Assembly (NCBI RefSeq): GCF_018977255.1 | Contig: NW_024704743.1 | Span: 85,748,001-85,812,000 of the forward strand | Direction: 5' to 3' | Length of the DNA stretch: 64,000 nt | Source of the DNA: Callorhinchus milii | Lineage: Eukaryota | Part shown: one piece after another, positions 1 to 12,575 of the stretch | Layout: every line of letters starts with the position of its first letter | Position numbering within the stretch: position 1 is the first letter of the stretch | Notes under the pieces: model-generated | The model's database searches: none | What the model was told of the DNA's origin: nothing | What the model saw: only the letters and a program-made list of their open reading frames with translations | Position numbers and translations under genes: made by a program

Positions 1-559
1 TGGGAATGATAACTTACATATCCTTGGGCAAGTATAACAAGCTGGTTGGTCAATGAGGGAGTGGAGTCCCTTTCTGCTTGGCAATGTCACTGTGTTGTCT
101 GATAGAGACCTCAGTACCAGATGCTGCAAAATACTGTTGCCAACACTCATAGGAAACCCAAAACAGCATATCATTCCTGCTGTCTCTAGACTTACATCCC
201 TGGTCATTTGTGTCAAATTCTTAGCATTCCTCCATAAAATATTTGTCAGCTGCTGGATACTTGGGCAAATGAAACGTTGGCTGATGCCGATAAAGTCTCC
301 AGAGGAGACTGCAAAGATGCTATTACAAATAAATTGAAAACTGCTATATCCTTCCTAGCTGTCGGAGATTGGGATTACCCACTGAGAAGACCTCAGATCC
401 TCTGCCAATGTCGTCTCATGGGACAACTTCAGCCTGATCAGCCAAGGCTCCTCAATGCGGTCCAGGGAGTATTGTTGAAGTCTGGAGACTCTCTTCAGTA
501 GGTACCTTGCAAACCTGTGGTCTCTTGTTCTGCTGCATTAGTGTATCTGAAACTACTGT

Positions 560-1490
560 TCCAGGTTTACTTTTTCAATCCCATTTTAAATCTTTTATAT
601 CTCTATTAATGTCCCCTCTGAGAGATATATTTTCAAGGTTGAAGAATCCTACTTTGCCTAATCATTGTTCATAGCTCATTTCTCTTATTCTGGCACTGTC
701 TGTCCTCTGCACTGCCTTTGAGCCTGGACAGCCCCATTATATTACAGTGACCAGAACTGTACACAGTACTCCAGGTATGAGCTAAACTAAGCACTGTACA
801 GTTTGAGCATGAGTCTGGGGATCTCAACTCAAATCATTTAGCAATGTAGCCGAGCTTCCTGTTTGCTTTGTTTATTGCTGCCTCACCCTGTTTTGACATG
901 CTGAGTGATGAGTCAACTAATACTCCTAAGTGCCTTTCCGCTTCTCTCTTGGCAAGTTCTATCCCATCAATAGAGTACACATGCCTTGTATTTTTACCTT
1001 CTATATGGAGTACCTTTACTTGCGAAGCATCAGCCCATATGTATACACTACCACATGCAAATCTTTGCTACCTCCTCTAATTCAGTTAGCCCTACCTAGG
1101 TGTCACCTGCAAATTATACTACTTTGATAATATGTTTTTAGTGTTACCAATAGAAAGCAGTTGATGCTATGTTTAGTTGCCCTGACAAGAGGTGCAGTTG
1201 GGGAGTACAAGAAAAGCCCTCTCTGTGTTTGTCCTTTCTCACAAGTCACAAAAGCTAACAAGACAGGATCTCATCGTTCCACAATCCTTCCACTCTACAA
1301 TCTTCCCATTTCAGTGTCAAGGTGTTACTTAAACGAGTTCAGTTTTCTGGCCTCAACCATCCTCACCGGTAACCTATTCCAGCTGCTGATTATCATCTGT
1401 TGTAAAGAAATATGTCCTGGTGTCTGTCTTGAAATTGCTCCTGCAGTCCAGAACCTGTGCCCACTTGTCCTTCTCATAGTTTGCCTGTAA
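560..1490 (-). mobile_element. Decayed CR1-clade LINE fragments (RT C-terminal region and 3' region)
   Basis: gaccagaactgtacacagtactccagg is the reverse of the CR1 LEYCVQFW motif; many stops. Confidence 0.7.
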
Positions 1491-2441
1491 ATGTGGTAAA
1501 AGCTAATGGAACATCAGTAATGACTTCTAAACATGAGACTAGTGTGCTAGAATGGAGTCCAAATTGTGGCAATGTATCAAGAGAACCATTAATAATAACT
1601 CTGAGTTATAAATAGAAACTCTTCTGGTCGAAGGAAATACGTTGTGGCGACCTGCAGGAACCTCACTCTGATGCAATCTACTTCCATAGCAGAGTTAATG
1701 GAGATCTTTGTGCTGTAGACTATTTCTGATTACCAGAGGTTTTATTTATACCATGGAGTCGTTTTGAATGACTCCCATCGAAGTCCTGCAATTTGGACTC
1801 TACTTATAGCTGTTAGACTGCCTTAAACATCAAACACAAAATACATAACAACCAAAGACACTTTAACTAGTTTCTAATTCTGAACTGGGTCAATGCAATA
1901 ATTCTCCCAATACAGACTTAAGTCGCATCTGGATAACACCTATAGCCAGGTACGATTAAATCAGTCCCGAGGGGAAATTTCAAGAAGCAGGAAATTCTGC
2001 TGTTTAAAGCTGGCAAAGGAAATGAATCTGAAGTGCAGACTTTGATTTGAAAACAATGGAGATCTGACCTCGAATCTCAATTTCAGATTCCAATTAGAAG
2101 AGTGCTCAGCCATTGCACCTGCAGTAGTTAACAGGTTTTGTAATGTAAAGTCTCTTTGATTTAGTTTCAGCTGATCTCAGTTCACATAATCTTATTTTAC
2201 ATCTTCTGGTTTAAAGGCAAAGTTCAATGCATCATTTCAGTAATTAGAATGTTTACTGACCTGGAACTTGTGAAGATACAGCTCTTCTTTTGTCATTTTC
2301 AGCCAGAGAGAGAGAAACCGAAGAAACTAATGGCTAAAGTGTATGATCATTTAAATAGTATAATTCAGACATGAGTTACTCCAAGTGCTGATTACCCTGC
2401 GTCTACTGCTCACTGTGACAATATTATCCAATGTTATAGTG

Positions 2442-4100
2442 AACAACAACAATATGACATTTATAGAGCGCCTTCCACGTCGGGAGGCATCCCAAAGTGC
2501 TGAACAGTCAGGGGTCGGGATCCGAGCATCGGGGTGGGGTGGTGCAGGGGTGAGGGAAGGCAGAGAGGTGGGAGGGCGACCAAAGGCACAATCGAAGAGA
2601 AGGGACTTGAGACCAGCCTAGAAGGAGGCAAGGGAGGAAGCGAGGTGAAGGGACCGTGGATGGAGTTGCAACTCTAGTGTGGGGGCAGAGAGGCTGAAAG
2701 CCCGACCACCGATGGTAAGGCGGGTCGGGTGGGAGACATGGAGCAGACTGGAACCCGCTGAACGGAGGGAGCGGGCAGATTGGTAGGAAGTCAGCAGGTC
2801 AGAGAGGTAGGAGGGGCAAGGACATGGATGGCCTTGAAAGTGAGGACGAGGATCTTGAATTCAATCTTTTGAGGGATGGGGAGCCAGTGGAGTCGGGCGA
2901 GGGTGGGAGTAATGGGGTCACGGTGCCTTGTGCGCTAGCTTACACGAGCTGTGGAGTATTGGATGATCTGCAGCTTGTGAAGGGAATAGTTGAGAAGGCC
3001 GATGAGGAGGGAGTTTCCGTAATCGAGCCTTGATGTGACGAATGCATGGATAAGGGTTTTGGCAACCTGAGGGTTGAGGTAGTGGCGAAGTCTGTCAATG
3101 TTGCAGAGGCGGTGGTAGGCAGTGCTGGTCATGGCGCGGATGTGGGGGAGAAAGGACAGTTCAGGGTCAAACAAGACACCCAGGTTTCTGACTGGCTTAG
3201 TGAGGCTGAATGTTCAGCCGTAGATGCTGATGCTGCCAGCCCTGGTTCAGAGGCACTGGCGTGAGCCAATCAGGAGGGGTGGTGTAGGGGTGAGGGCCTC
3301 AGTCTTGCTGACGTTGAGTTGGAGAAAGTTATCCCTCGTCCAGGACTTGATGACAGACAGGCAGTTGGTCAGGACGCTAGTAGTCCTGGAGTTGAGGGTG
3401 AAGGCAAAGATATAAAGTTGGGTGTCATCCGCATACATGTGGAAATTTACCCCATGTCTGCGGATGGTGTCACCAAGGGGGAGCATGTAGAGGGTGAAGA
3501 GGATGGGACTGAGGACAGAGCCCTGAGGAACACCGCACAAGATGTTGTGAGGTCTGGAGGAGAAGCCGTTTGCTGCGACGAAGTGGAGACGGTGTGAAAG
3601 GTAGAATCTGAACCAGTCAAGGATAGGGAGATGAGGAAGGACATCGAGTGTGGTGGAGAGGGTGCTGCGGAGAAGTGTATGCGCAGAGAGTGGGTTGGTG
3701 CGAGAAGTGGGCCAGAGGGGGAAGAGTTCAGAGGACTCCAGGGCAGCGAAGAGGGATTGCGGGGAGATCTTCTTCCATGGGTGGTAGAAGGTGGTAGGTT
3801 TGGAGGCAGTAGGGAGAGGGCTATGGGAGTTGAGGGAGATTAAATGGTGGTCAGAGATGGCCTTGTCAGTGATGTTGACATCTGAGATGCTGAGGCCCCA
3901 GGTGATCACCAGGTCGAGTGGGTTGCCGTGGTGTGGGTAGCAGAGTGGATGTGGAGGGAGAGGTTGAGAGAGGAGAGGAGAGAGGAGAAGTCTGAGGAGT
4001 TAGAGCAGGAGGGGATGAAGTGGAGGTTGAAGTAAGTGTCGCCCTGGATATGAGGGGGATAGGGTAAGTGATGCCCTGGATATGAGGGCCACCCCGCTGC
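2442..4100 (-). mobile_element. L2-clade LINE fragment with internal deletion (endonuclease end joined to RT)
   Basis: Minus-strand ORF pieces [33 protein letters not shown] and ISDHHLI; 3' tail ending in (TTG)n; endonuclease-region peptide abuts RT at about 3635. Confidence 0.92.
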
Positions 4101-4609
4101 CACGGAGACAAAGTCTCCTCTGAGCCTTTTATTTTTACCCAGACCACATAGGTCATGTAAAATTTTTATGCTGTTCACATTGAGCACTTTGGCCCTAAGG
4201 AAGGAAAGACCATGGTAAAAATGTTCCCATCCCAGAGATATCCTTCCAACATGAGAGGCACTATATAAGTGAAAATTGCATTCTATTGTAATTTTAGAAA
4301 ATTTAGAGATACATTATCTGCAAACATTGGTACAATTTCTGGGGCCTAGGTTTGAGCACACCCTAGTCAGTGGAAATTAAACCTGTCCTTCTTTAATGAA
4401 AGTAATTCATCCTAAATCCACAAATCCTAACTCCAACTATATTTGACACTAATTCTGTAATTTCACTCTGAAAGAATAGAAAATTGAAGAAAGAGCTGTA
4501 GTACTTTTGGAGAGATTGCACACAGTAAACAAAATTTTGTACTGCATCTGCCTTGGGAATTCTTGGTACTGTCATTAAGTATCAACAGCAATAGAATTAC
4601 ATTTGTGTA

Positions 4610-5110
4610 GCAACAACAACAACAAGATTACATTTGTATAGCGCCTTTCACGTCGGGAGAATATCCTAAGGCGCTGAACAATCAGTATAGCACTTTCACA
4701 TTGGAGGATATCCCAAGGTGTTGAACAATCAGTATTTCTTCAGACTGGTCTTGAAGGAGGCAAGGGAGGGTGTGAGGCAGAGGGACTGCGGGATGCAATT
4801 CCGGGGGGAGGGGTGGGGTGGGCAGAATGGCAGAAGGACTACCCACCATTGGAAATTCTATCCAAAACTTTTAAACAACAACAACAACAACAACAAGATT
4901 CCATTTATAAAGCGCCTTTCACGTCAGGAGGACGTCCCAAGGCGCTGCACAGTTGGGTCATGACCCGAGCATTGGGGGGAAATGGTCAGGGTGAGGGGAG
5001 GGAAGGGAGGGAGAGAGGAGGGGGGAAATGGTCAGGGTGAGGGGAGGGAAGGGAGGGAGCGAGGAGGAGGAAGAGAGTCGAGAGGGGAGCTGAAGGCACG
5101 AAGGCACGGT
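4610..5110 (-). mobile_element. Stacked L2 3' tails with short internal tandem duplications
   Basis: Two (CAA)n-headed tails at about 4610 and 4875; duplicated ~50-bp tail segment; duplicated gggaaatggtcagggtgaggggagggaagggaggga. Confidence 0.8.
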
Positions 5111-5149
5111 CAAAGAGAAAACAAGGGGAGAGGGGGGTGTTGGGGTCAG

Positions 5150-5275
5150 CTGTATGTCTGACAATGCAGAAACCCATCACCTTGCTTAAGAGTATCTAAA
5201 CCAGACTGAGTGTTCCACATGTATATGCCACCTGCACATGGAAATATTCCTGTGCTTGAATGGCACGCAGCAGCC
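5150..5275. repeat. Unclassified interspersed repeat, copy 1 of 3
   Basis: Aligns by eye to 52400-52525 and 56800-56905. Confidence 0.7.
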
Positions 5276-5866
5276 TGACTGTGGAGCAGAGGTGAAAGGG
5301 CTATGTGCAGAATATCTACCGAAGTGTAAATTGCATGGTGACTGTGTACTCAGGTAACATTATTCGCTTTGAATAATGTGCTGGAGAAAGTATGTCGCTG
5401 GAACACTGTGAACAATTAGAATGCAAATGAAAGAGCACTTTATTTTCAATCAATAATTTTCCATAAATTAGGCAATTTGAACATATCATTTCACTAAACA
5501 TCATACATTTGAATAAGGCAATAAATACTTGCATTAATACTTGCTGATATACATTGATACCTATACAATTATATAACTTTTGCATGTTAAGATGAATTTT
5601 ATTTGTATGTTTATAAACAAAGTTATATAGTGTGAATTTAAATAAATGTTTAGTTGCATATTGCTTGTAAAAATAATGGTAGCTTAGAAATATAATATAA
5701 GAACAATAATCTTTACCAAGAGGTTCTGAACTGATCAGTACTGATGATGCATATTTCTGAATTAGATAATGTGGAATAAACAAAAAGAAACTGATGCATT
5801 CAATATTCCCATTAATATTGTTGTCTTTGCCTCCCATAAACTATGATAAATTAAGGAATCTGCAGT

Positions 5867-5983
5867 GGGTATTTCGCCCACAGACTACACAGTCAATTCA
5901 TTTTACAGTATATTCTGTGAAGCGTTTGTGACGTCTAGAAGACGTGGTAAGGTGCTATACCAAATTCAAGGATTATCGTTATT
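5867..5983 (+). mobile_element. 5'-truncated SINE tail flanked by an 18-bp direct repeat
   Basis: cagtcaattcattttacagtatattctgtgaagcg tail; aattaaggaatctgcagt at 5849-5866 and 5984-6001. Confidence 0.85.
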
Positions 5984-6099
5984 AATTAAGGAATCTGCAG
6001 TCAGAAAGTATCTTTTACATTCACTTGAGATTGTGATATGACATATCATGTGATTTATATGCTATACAAATTACAGGTGCCCAAGATAAACAGAAAAAT

Positions 6100-7500
6100 A
6101 ACAACAATTTGCATTTATATAGTGCCTTCCACATAGGAAGAACACCTTAAAGTGATTTACAAAGACAGCTGTGAAGCAGACAAGAGGGGTAGCTGACTGC
6201 GCAGTCAAAGAGGTAGGTCTTTAGATGGGTTTTGAAAGCAGAGAGATGGAGGGGGGCAAGGTGGAGGGATGTTGGGAGAGAGTTCAAGAGGGTGGGGATA
6301 AAGTTGCTGATGATGGAGCAGAGCAGGTAGGGGCATGAAGCGGGCTGGAGTGGGCAGAAGGAAGGTGTGGCCATGGGAGGAGGGGTCACAGGAGATCCCA
6401 GAGGTATGTTGTTGCAAGGCCTTGGAGGCATTGTAGAAATCGAATCTGGAGGTTCCACAAAGGCATAGATGAGGATTTGGGCTTCATTGGTAGTGATGTA
6501 GTGATGGGAATCAGGCAATGTTACAGAGATGGAAGACGGAGGACACAGTCAGAGCCCAGATTTAAAAAAAACAAAGGAGAGTAGAGCATCAAAAAAATGT
6601 TAAGTTTCTGTACAAGCTGCCTGAGTTGCAGAGAGGTTAACATAGTCAGCACTTGAGATGAGGAAATGCAGATGGGAATGGAGGAGTACAGCCTCAGTTT
6701 TGTTGGCATTGAGTTGGAGAAAAAGTAAGGCTCATTCAGGACTCGTTGTCTAACAGGCAGTCTATCAGAAAATAGTGGTCCTGAAGTTGAGGGTGGGGAA
6801 GTAGAACTGGGTGTCATCACATACATATAGAAATGGACCCCATGCTTGCAGATGATGCCACCAAGGGGGATTGTGTAGATTGGGAAAGGAGAGGATTGAG
6901 GATAGAGCCCCAGGCAACACCACACATGACTAAGCAAGGGCAGGAGGAGAAGCCATTAGAGGCAAAATGAAGCCATTGAGACAGATAGAGGTGAAACCAG
7001 GAAAATGCAGAGCCATAGAGTTGTATCAGGGAGAAAAGCCCGCAGAGAGATGTAAGTGAACAAGGAGGCATGACTAAGCAAGGGCAGGAGGAGGAGCCAT
7101 TAGAGGTAAAATGAAGACATTGAGACAGATAGAGGTGAAACCAGGAAAATGCAGAGCCATAGAGTTGTATCAGGGAGAAAAGCCCACAGAGAGATGTAAG
7201 TGAGCAAGGAGGCACAGAGAGCCCTGGTTGCAGACATATAGATTAGTGTTTGTGACTTGGATCAAGGCTCTCTTGGTGCTGTGGCAGTGTGGGAGGGACT
7301 CAAACAGGAAGGAGGAAGGAAAATAACTAGGAGGCATTGATGCCATCCAGCACCTTTGAGAAGAGGACAGGTTGGAGATGGGACAATACCTAGAGAGTTT
7401 TAAGGGATAAAGTGTAGTTTTTTTTAGAAGGTGTAATGACGACAGTTTTGAAAGGGAGGGTGGAGGAGGAGAGGGTGAGATTGATGACGTTGGCTAGCAG
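6100..7500 (-). mobile_element. Old, heavily decayed L2-clade LINE
   Basis: FKTHLKTYLFD, PLGGIICKHGVHFYMY and FSWFHLYLS peptide remnants; L2 tail at about 6100. Confidence 0.85.
6925..7212. repeat. Tandem duplication, 2 x 144 bp
   Basis: 6925-7068 and 7069-7212 differ at about 5 positions. Confidence 0.95.
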
Positions 7501-8148
7501 AGGGCAGCTGAGCAAACTGTGGAAACTGTAATGTGCTGCAAAATCACCAAGAATCACTTAAGATTAAAAAGCCAAGAACTTTTATGAAATGTTAGAAAAT
7601 TATGTTTTCAAGTCAAGCAAAAGGCACCAGTGCAAAAAGGGCTAATGATTATAGGAGATGTGCGAAAACACAGACTATCATTGTAATTCCATACAGTGCA
7701 TAAAGATAACATTAAGATATCTATATCATCACAAGAGCAAATGAGTTTTCAGAAAGGAAAGATAATTATCAATTTATTTTGAAGTAACATTTATGTGCCC
7801 AGAATGGTGTGCTAATATAATTGTAAAAATTGTTCAAAATTGTATTGAAATCTAGCACCTGGGAGTCTTATTGGAGTTATGAAATATTTACATTATACTT
7901 AATACTAGCAATAAAATGGGCTTTAGAAACTGGGTCAACCTTCATTTAGTGTAAGAAGAGAATACAGTGTGCTTCATCAAGGAATGCTTTTGGTACTGTT
8001 CTTTGTATTTCCTACTAAAAGATGTAAAGTCTAGATCAGTGGAGCATTAAATGGGATGTTGTGAATATTACAAATTTGACAGTACAGTCTTAGAATTGCA
8101 ATTAGCCTGGTGAATAAATTGTAGCTTTTGACATTTGTAAATATACTG

Positions 8149-8937
<789 letters not shown>

Positions 8938-8962
8938 NNNNNNNNNNNNNNNNNNNNNNNNN
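8938..8962. other. Assembly gap (25 N) just upstream of the TMEM74 start codon
   Basis: Run of n characters. Confidence 1.
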
Positions 8963-9995
8963 GCTCTGTGTGAAAGAAGGCGAGTGATTTTGTTGCAGCC
9001 CCGGACACACGTTAAATGTCAATCGCTTTTCTCTGTCAATACTGAGGCTGTGAAAAAACACCCAAAAGGAATAGATGGGATGTCTGTGTCACATGATCCT
9101 CAACCATCTGTTCCTGTGGCTGAAAGCATCCGTCTTTTCATCATATGCTTTGAATCAATTGTATAAACAGGTTTCAATCTGAACGCCCTGTAATGCAGTA
9201 TCCTTTTAAGGCTGTGGTGAAGCACTAAATGTCTGATATAAGTGATATAAGTGGTATTTCGAAAGCTGGGTACAGTTTTTTTTTGTTTCCAAAAACCTCA
9301 CATAACCTTTGTGGTAACACGCCTCTATCTTTCCAGTGCAGCCTGCTTTAATCCCAGAAATGACATTGATAATTTACAGTTGTAATGCATTCAGTTATTT
9401 TGTAAGATGAAACATATTATATTTCCTTCTTGCCTGGGTTCATAGACTCCCTATAAAATTGAGTTGCATTCGTCCATAAAGCTGTACTATACCACTCCCC
9501 AGGAGGGATCTAATGTGCAATAAATTCATAGTCAGTCTCAACATTAATCTTGGTTTATAGAAATCTTTGTATTTTGTATCATTGATGGCTGGCTGGTTTT
9601 GACTTCACTGTGATGATTTGGTTGTCTCCCAAGTGTTGGCATGGAATTTATGGTCCGAAACACTGACTGTCCAGCACCTTGGCATGTCCTCCCGTCGCGA
9701 AAGGTGCTATACACGTGTTATTTTGTTGTTGTTGCTGTTGTTGTTATCCTATATCTACTGGAGCATTTTTGGAATACTCAACTGTCAACTCATTAGTGAA
9801 AAATAATTGCATATGAAATGGCAGAAGTTGTGCATCATATAAAATGCACATTAACAATAGTTGCACTGACCATTAAACTCTCATATAAACTCTCAATAAA
9901 TATATTTATTTTGCCTTGTGTTTTCAGGTATAGAAATCAGAACTGAAACAACCCGAAAATTGCTGGCAATTCCTTAAAAGGCATAAAGATAGTAG

Positions 9996-10420
9996 GTCAG
10001 GGTGGCTCAGTTGGTAACACTCTCGCCTTTGAGTCAGAAGATTGTGGTTTTAAACTTTACATTGAAACTCAGACATCATATTAGGCAGACACTCCAGTGC
10101 AATGCTGGAGCTTTCCTGCATTGTTTGAGGTGCCATCCTTTGGATGAGACATTAAACAGAGTTCCTGTTTGCCTGTCCAGGTGGACATTAACAATCCAAT
10201 GACACTATTCCAGAAGAGAAGGGAGTTTCTCCTAACCAACAATCCTTCAAAATAATAATATTTGGTTGTTCACTTCATGGCTGTTTATAGGACATTATTG
10301 TGTGAAAATTGGCTCTACAAAATATACCAGTCACTCCATTTCATAATATATCTTGTGAAGCTCTTTGGGACTACTTCCTGATGGGAAAAGGCACTATATC
10401 AAATGCAAGGATTATTATTA
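9996..10420 (+). mobile_element. tRNA-headed Deu-domain SINE (SacSINE1-like), near full length
   Basis: tggctcagttgg A-box head; gaggtgccatcctttggatgagacattaaac...caggtggacatt Deu core; L2-type tail ending (TTA)n. Confidence 0.85.
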
Positions 10421-10754
10421 TAAAGGACCTCATGAATTTTGTTTTTTTTAGGGGTGACAGTCTCATACCCTCAAATAAGTAAAGAGCTGCCACCATAATT
10501 AATTGCTTGGTTGATCATTGCATTTGAGGAAAATGGGCACTTTTTATAACATAGTTTGAACATTTTGAGCAGGCACACAATTTATCACTGTACTTCCATG
10601 CACCAAATGATGTCAGACATTCTAGACCTGAAATGCTATTTATAGAATAGGTTGAATAGTTTTTTTTTCTCTGGTTTACATTCTGGATGTGGAAATAAAG
10701 GCAAACTCATCACAAGGTTTACTTTCTTTAGAAGAATAACAATCATTCCGTTCA

Positions 10755-10965
10755 GACTAGGAGAGCTGCAGATCCAATCCCCAGCCTTTACTGAATTGGC
10801 AGATCTCAGCCAGGGAATGAGGAGTGTTACAATTTGCCTCAGTAATGGTGATGGTGTCCAGTGAGGGCAGGATGGGATTGGCAGCAATAATCCATTGATT
10901 AAATAGTTCACTAATATTCGCTGTCTGCTCACATGGCCACTTAGATAAAATATATGAGGGTATTC
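10755..10965 (+). mobile_element. Ancient SINE-like repeat, possibly UCON3-related
   Basis: ctgaattggcagatctcagcc...tacaatttgcctcag...gtgagggcaggatgg...atggccactt resembles a recalled ancient vertebrate SINE body; name not verified. Confidence 0.4.
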
Positions 10966-11589
10966 GGGCACTCCTGTAACTGTCCACCTGCATTAGCCCA
11001 CATCTTCAGGGGAGGAGGGGAGAAAATTAAAGGAGAAACAGAAATGAGTCACAGTGGAAAGAAGTTTAGCGCTAATAGACTGAAGGAAACATCTGTGCAG
11101 CAAATCAAATAAGGGAAACTGCATTAGACAGATGAAAATTCTAAATGTGGGTGGTCAGGAATAGCTGATTTTAATATTTGTATGCGTATTCAAAAGTTCA
11201 ACATAGTGACAATTCTTTGCTCTAGTTATTTTCTCAATCAGTATAACAATCTTTTCAATTAAAATTTTACAAAATAACACTTCTACAAAAAGAAGCAATT
11301 TACGTGTGACTGTATGTTGTTGAAAGTACCTGAAACAACCTGTTATTCTTAATCTCAACTCATGATATCATTTTGATATATCATTAAACAGTGTGTATCT
11401 ATCAATTTATAATAACATGAGACTGTGCTTTTCATTACCATTATACATCAATCTTACAAGCAATGGATCTGGAAGTGCAATAGAAAACAAAAATAATCTC
11501 AAAGACTCAGAGAGATACAGAGATATCTCTTATCTCCTATCTCTTCCCTTTCCATCAATTTATTTTCTCTACCAAGAGAAATGACGAAA

Positions 11590-12575
11590 AATTCAAAAAG
11601 TTTTCATGTGCCGCTTAACATAACTGTCTCAAATCCAACTTGACAATCCATCAGCAGATCTGTCTGGACCTTATCAAATCTTACTGTTCCATCCTCGCCT
11701 CCGCTAAATCGTCCAAGACAATCTTGGAAGCCAAGGACAACCCCAGGCTGCTCTGCTCCATCACCAACTAGGTCCTTTGCCTACCCTCTTACCCCTCACC
11801 CATCCTCTCCTCCAATGCCAACTGTGAGGAGATGCTGAATTTCTTTGAAACCAAAGCCAGAAGCTCAGCTGCCTCTGCCCTTCCGACTACCAAACCCTCC
11901 CCATCTCCCCCTCACACCACGGTCCCTACCCATCCCTCCCTCCACACCTTCGAACCTGTCTCCCTCTCCTCTCTCATCACCACCATAAACCACATGAAAC
12001 CGACCACCTGCTACCTTGAGCTCATCCCTACCCCTCTGTTTACCTCCCAGCTCCACCTCCTTACCCACTTACTCACAGACATCATAAACCTCTCCCTCTC
12101 CACTGGCATTGTTCCCACCTCTCTAAAAATGGCCGTCATCATTCCTACCCATAAGAAAATCTTCCCTGGACCCATCCCTGCTCTCAAACTACCACCCAAT
12201 CTCCAAACTCCCTTGCCTTTCCAAGGTCCTAGAATGAGTCATTGCTTCCCAGCTTCGCTCCTTCCACTCCCACCACTCCCTTCACGAACCCCTCCAATCA
12301 GATTTCTGTGCCACCACAGCACGAATTGTCACAAAATGACATTTTGTCCATTTGTGACCAGGGCTCCCTCTACCCCCTGGTCCTCCTTGATCTTTCTGCT
12401 GCCTTCGATACTGTTGACCACTCTATCCTCCTCCACCACCTCTCATCTCACCACAACCTTCATTGTTTTGTCCTTGAATAGTTCAGATCTTACTTCTCAC
12501 ACCGTCTCCACTTCATCTCCACAAACGGCTTCTCCTCTAGCCTCCGCACCACCTCATGTGATGTTCGCCTATCCC
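11590..12575 (+). mobile_element. L2-clade LINE internal fragment (linker and RT N-terminus)
   Basis: LVLLDLSAAFDTVDHSILL and IINLSLSTGIVPTSLKMAVIIP; frameshifted. Confidence 0.9.

Noticed and set aside
5316..5837. 173-aa minus-strand ORF
   Set aside because: AT-rich with no recognisable domain; could be TMEM74 3' UTR or intergenic sequence.
7773..7778. AATAAA (minus strand) as TMEM74 polyadenylation signal
   Set aside because: Plausible but one of several in AT-rich DNA; cannot be chosen without transcript data.
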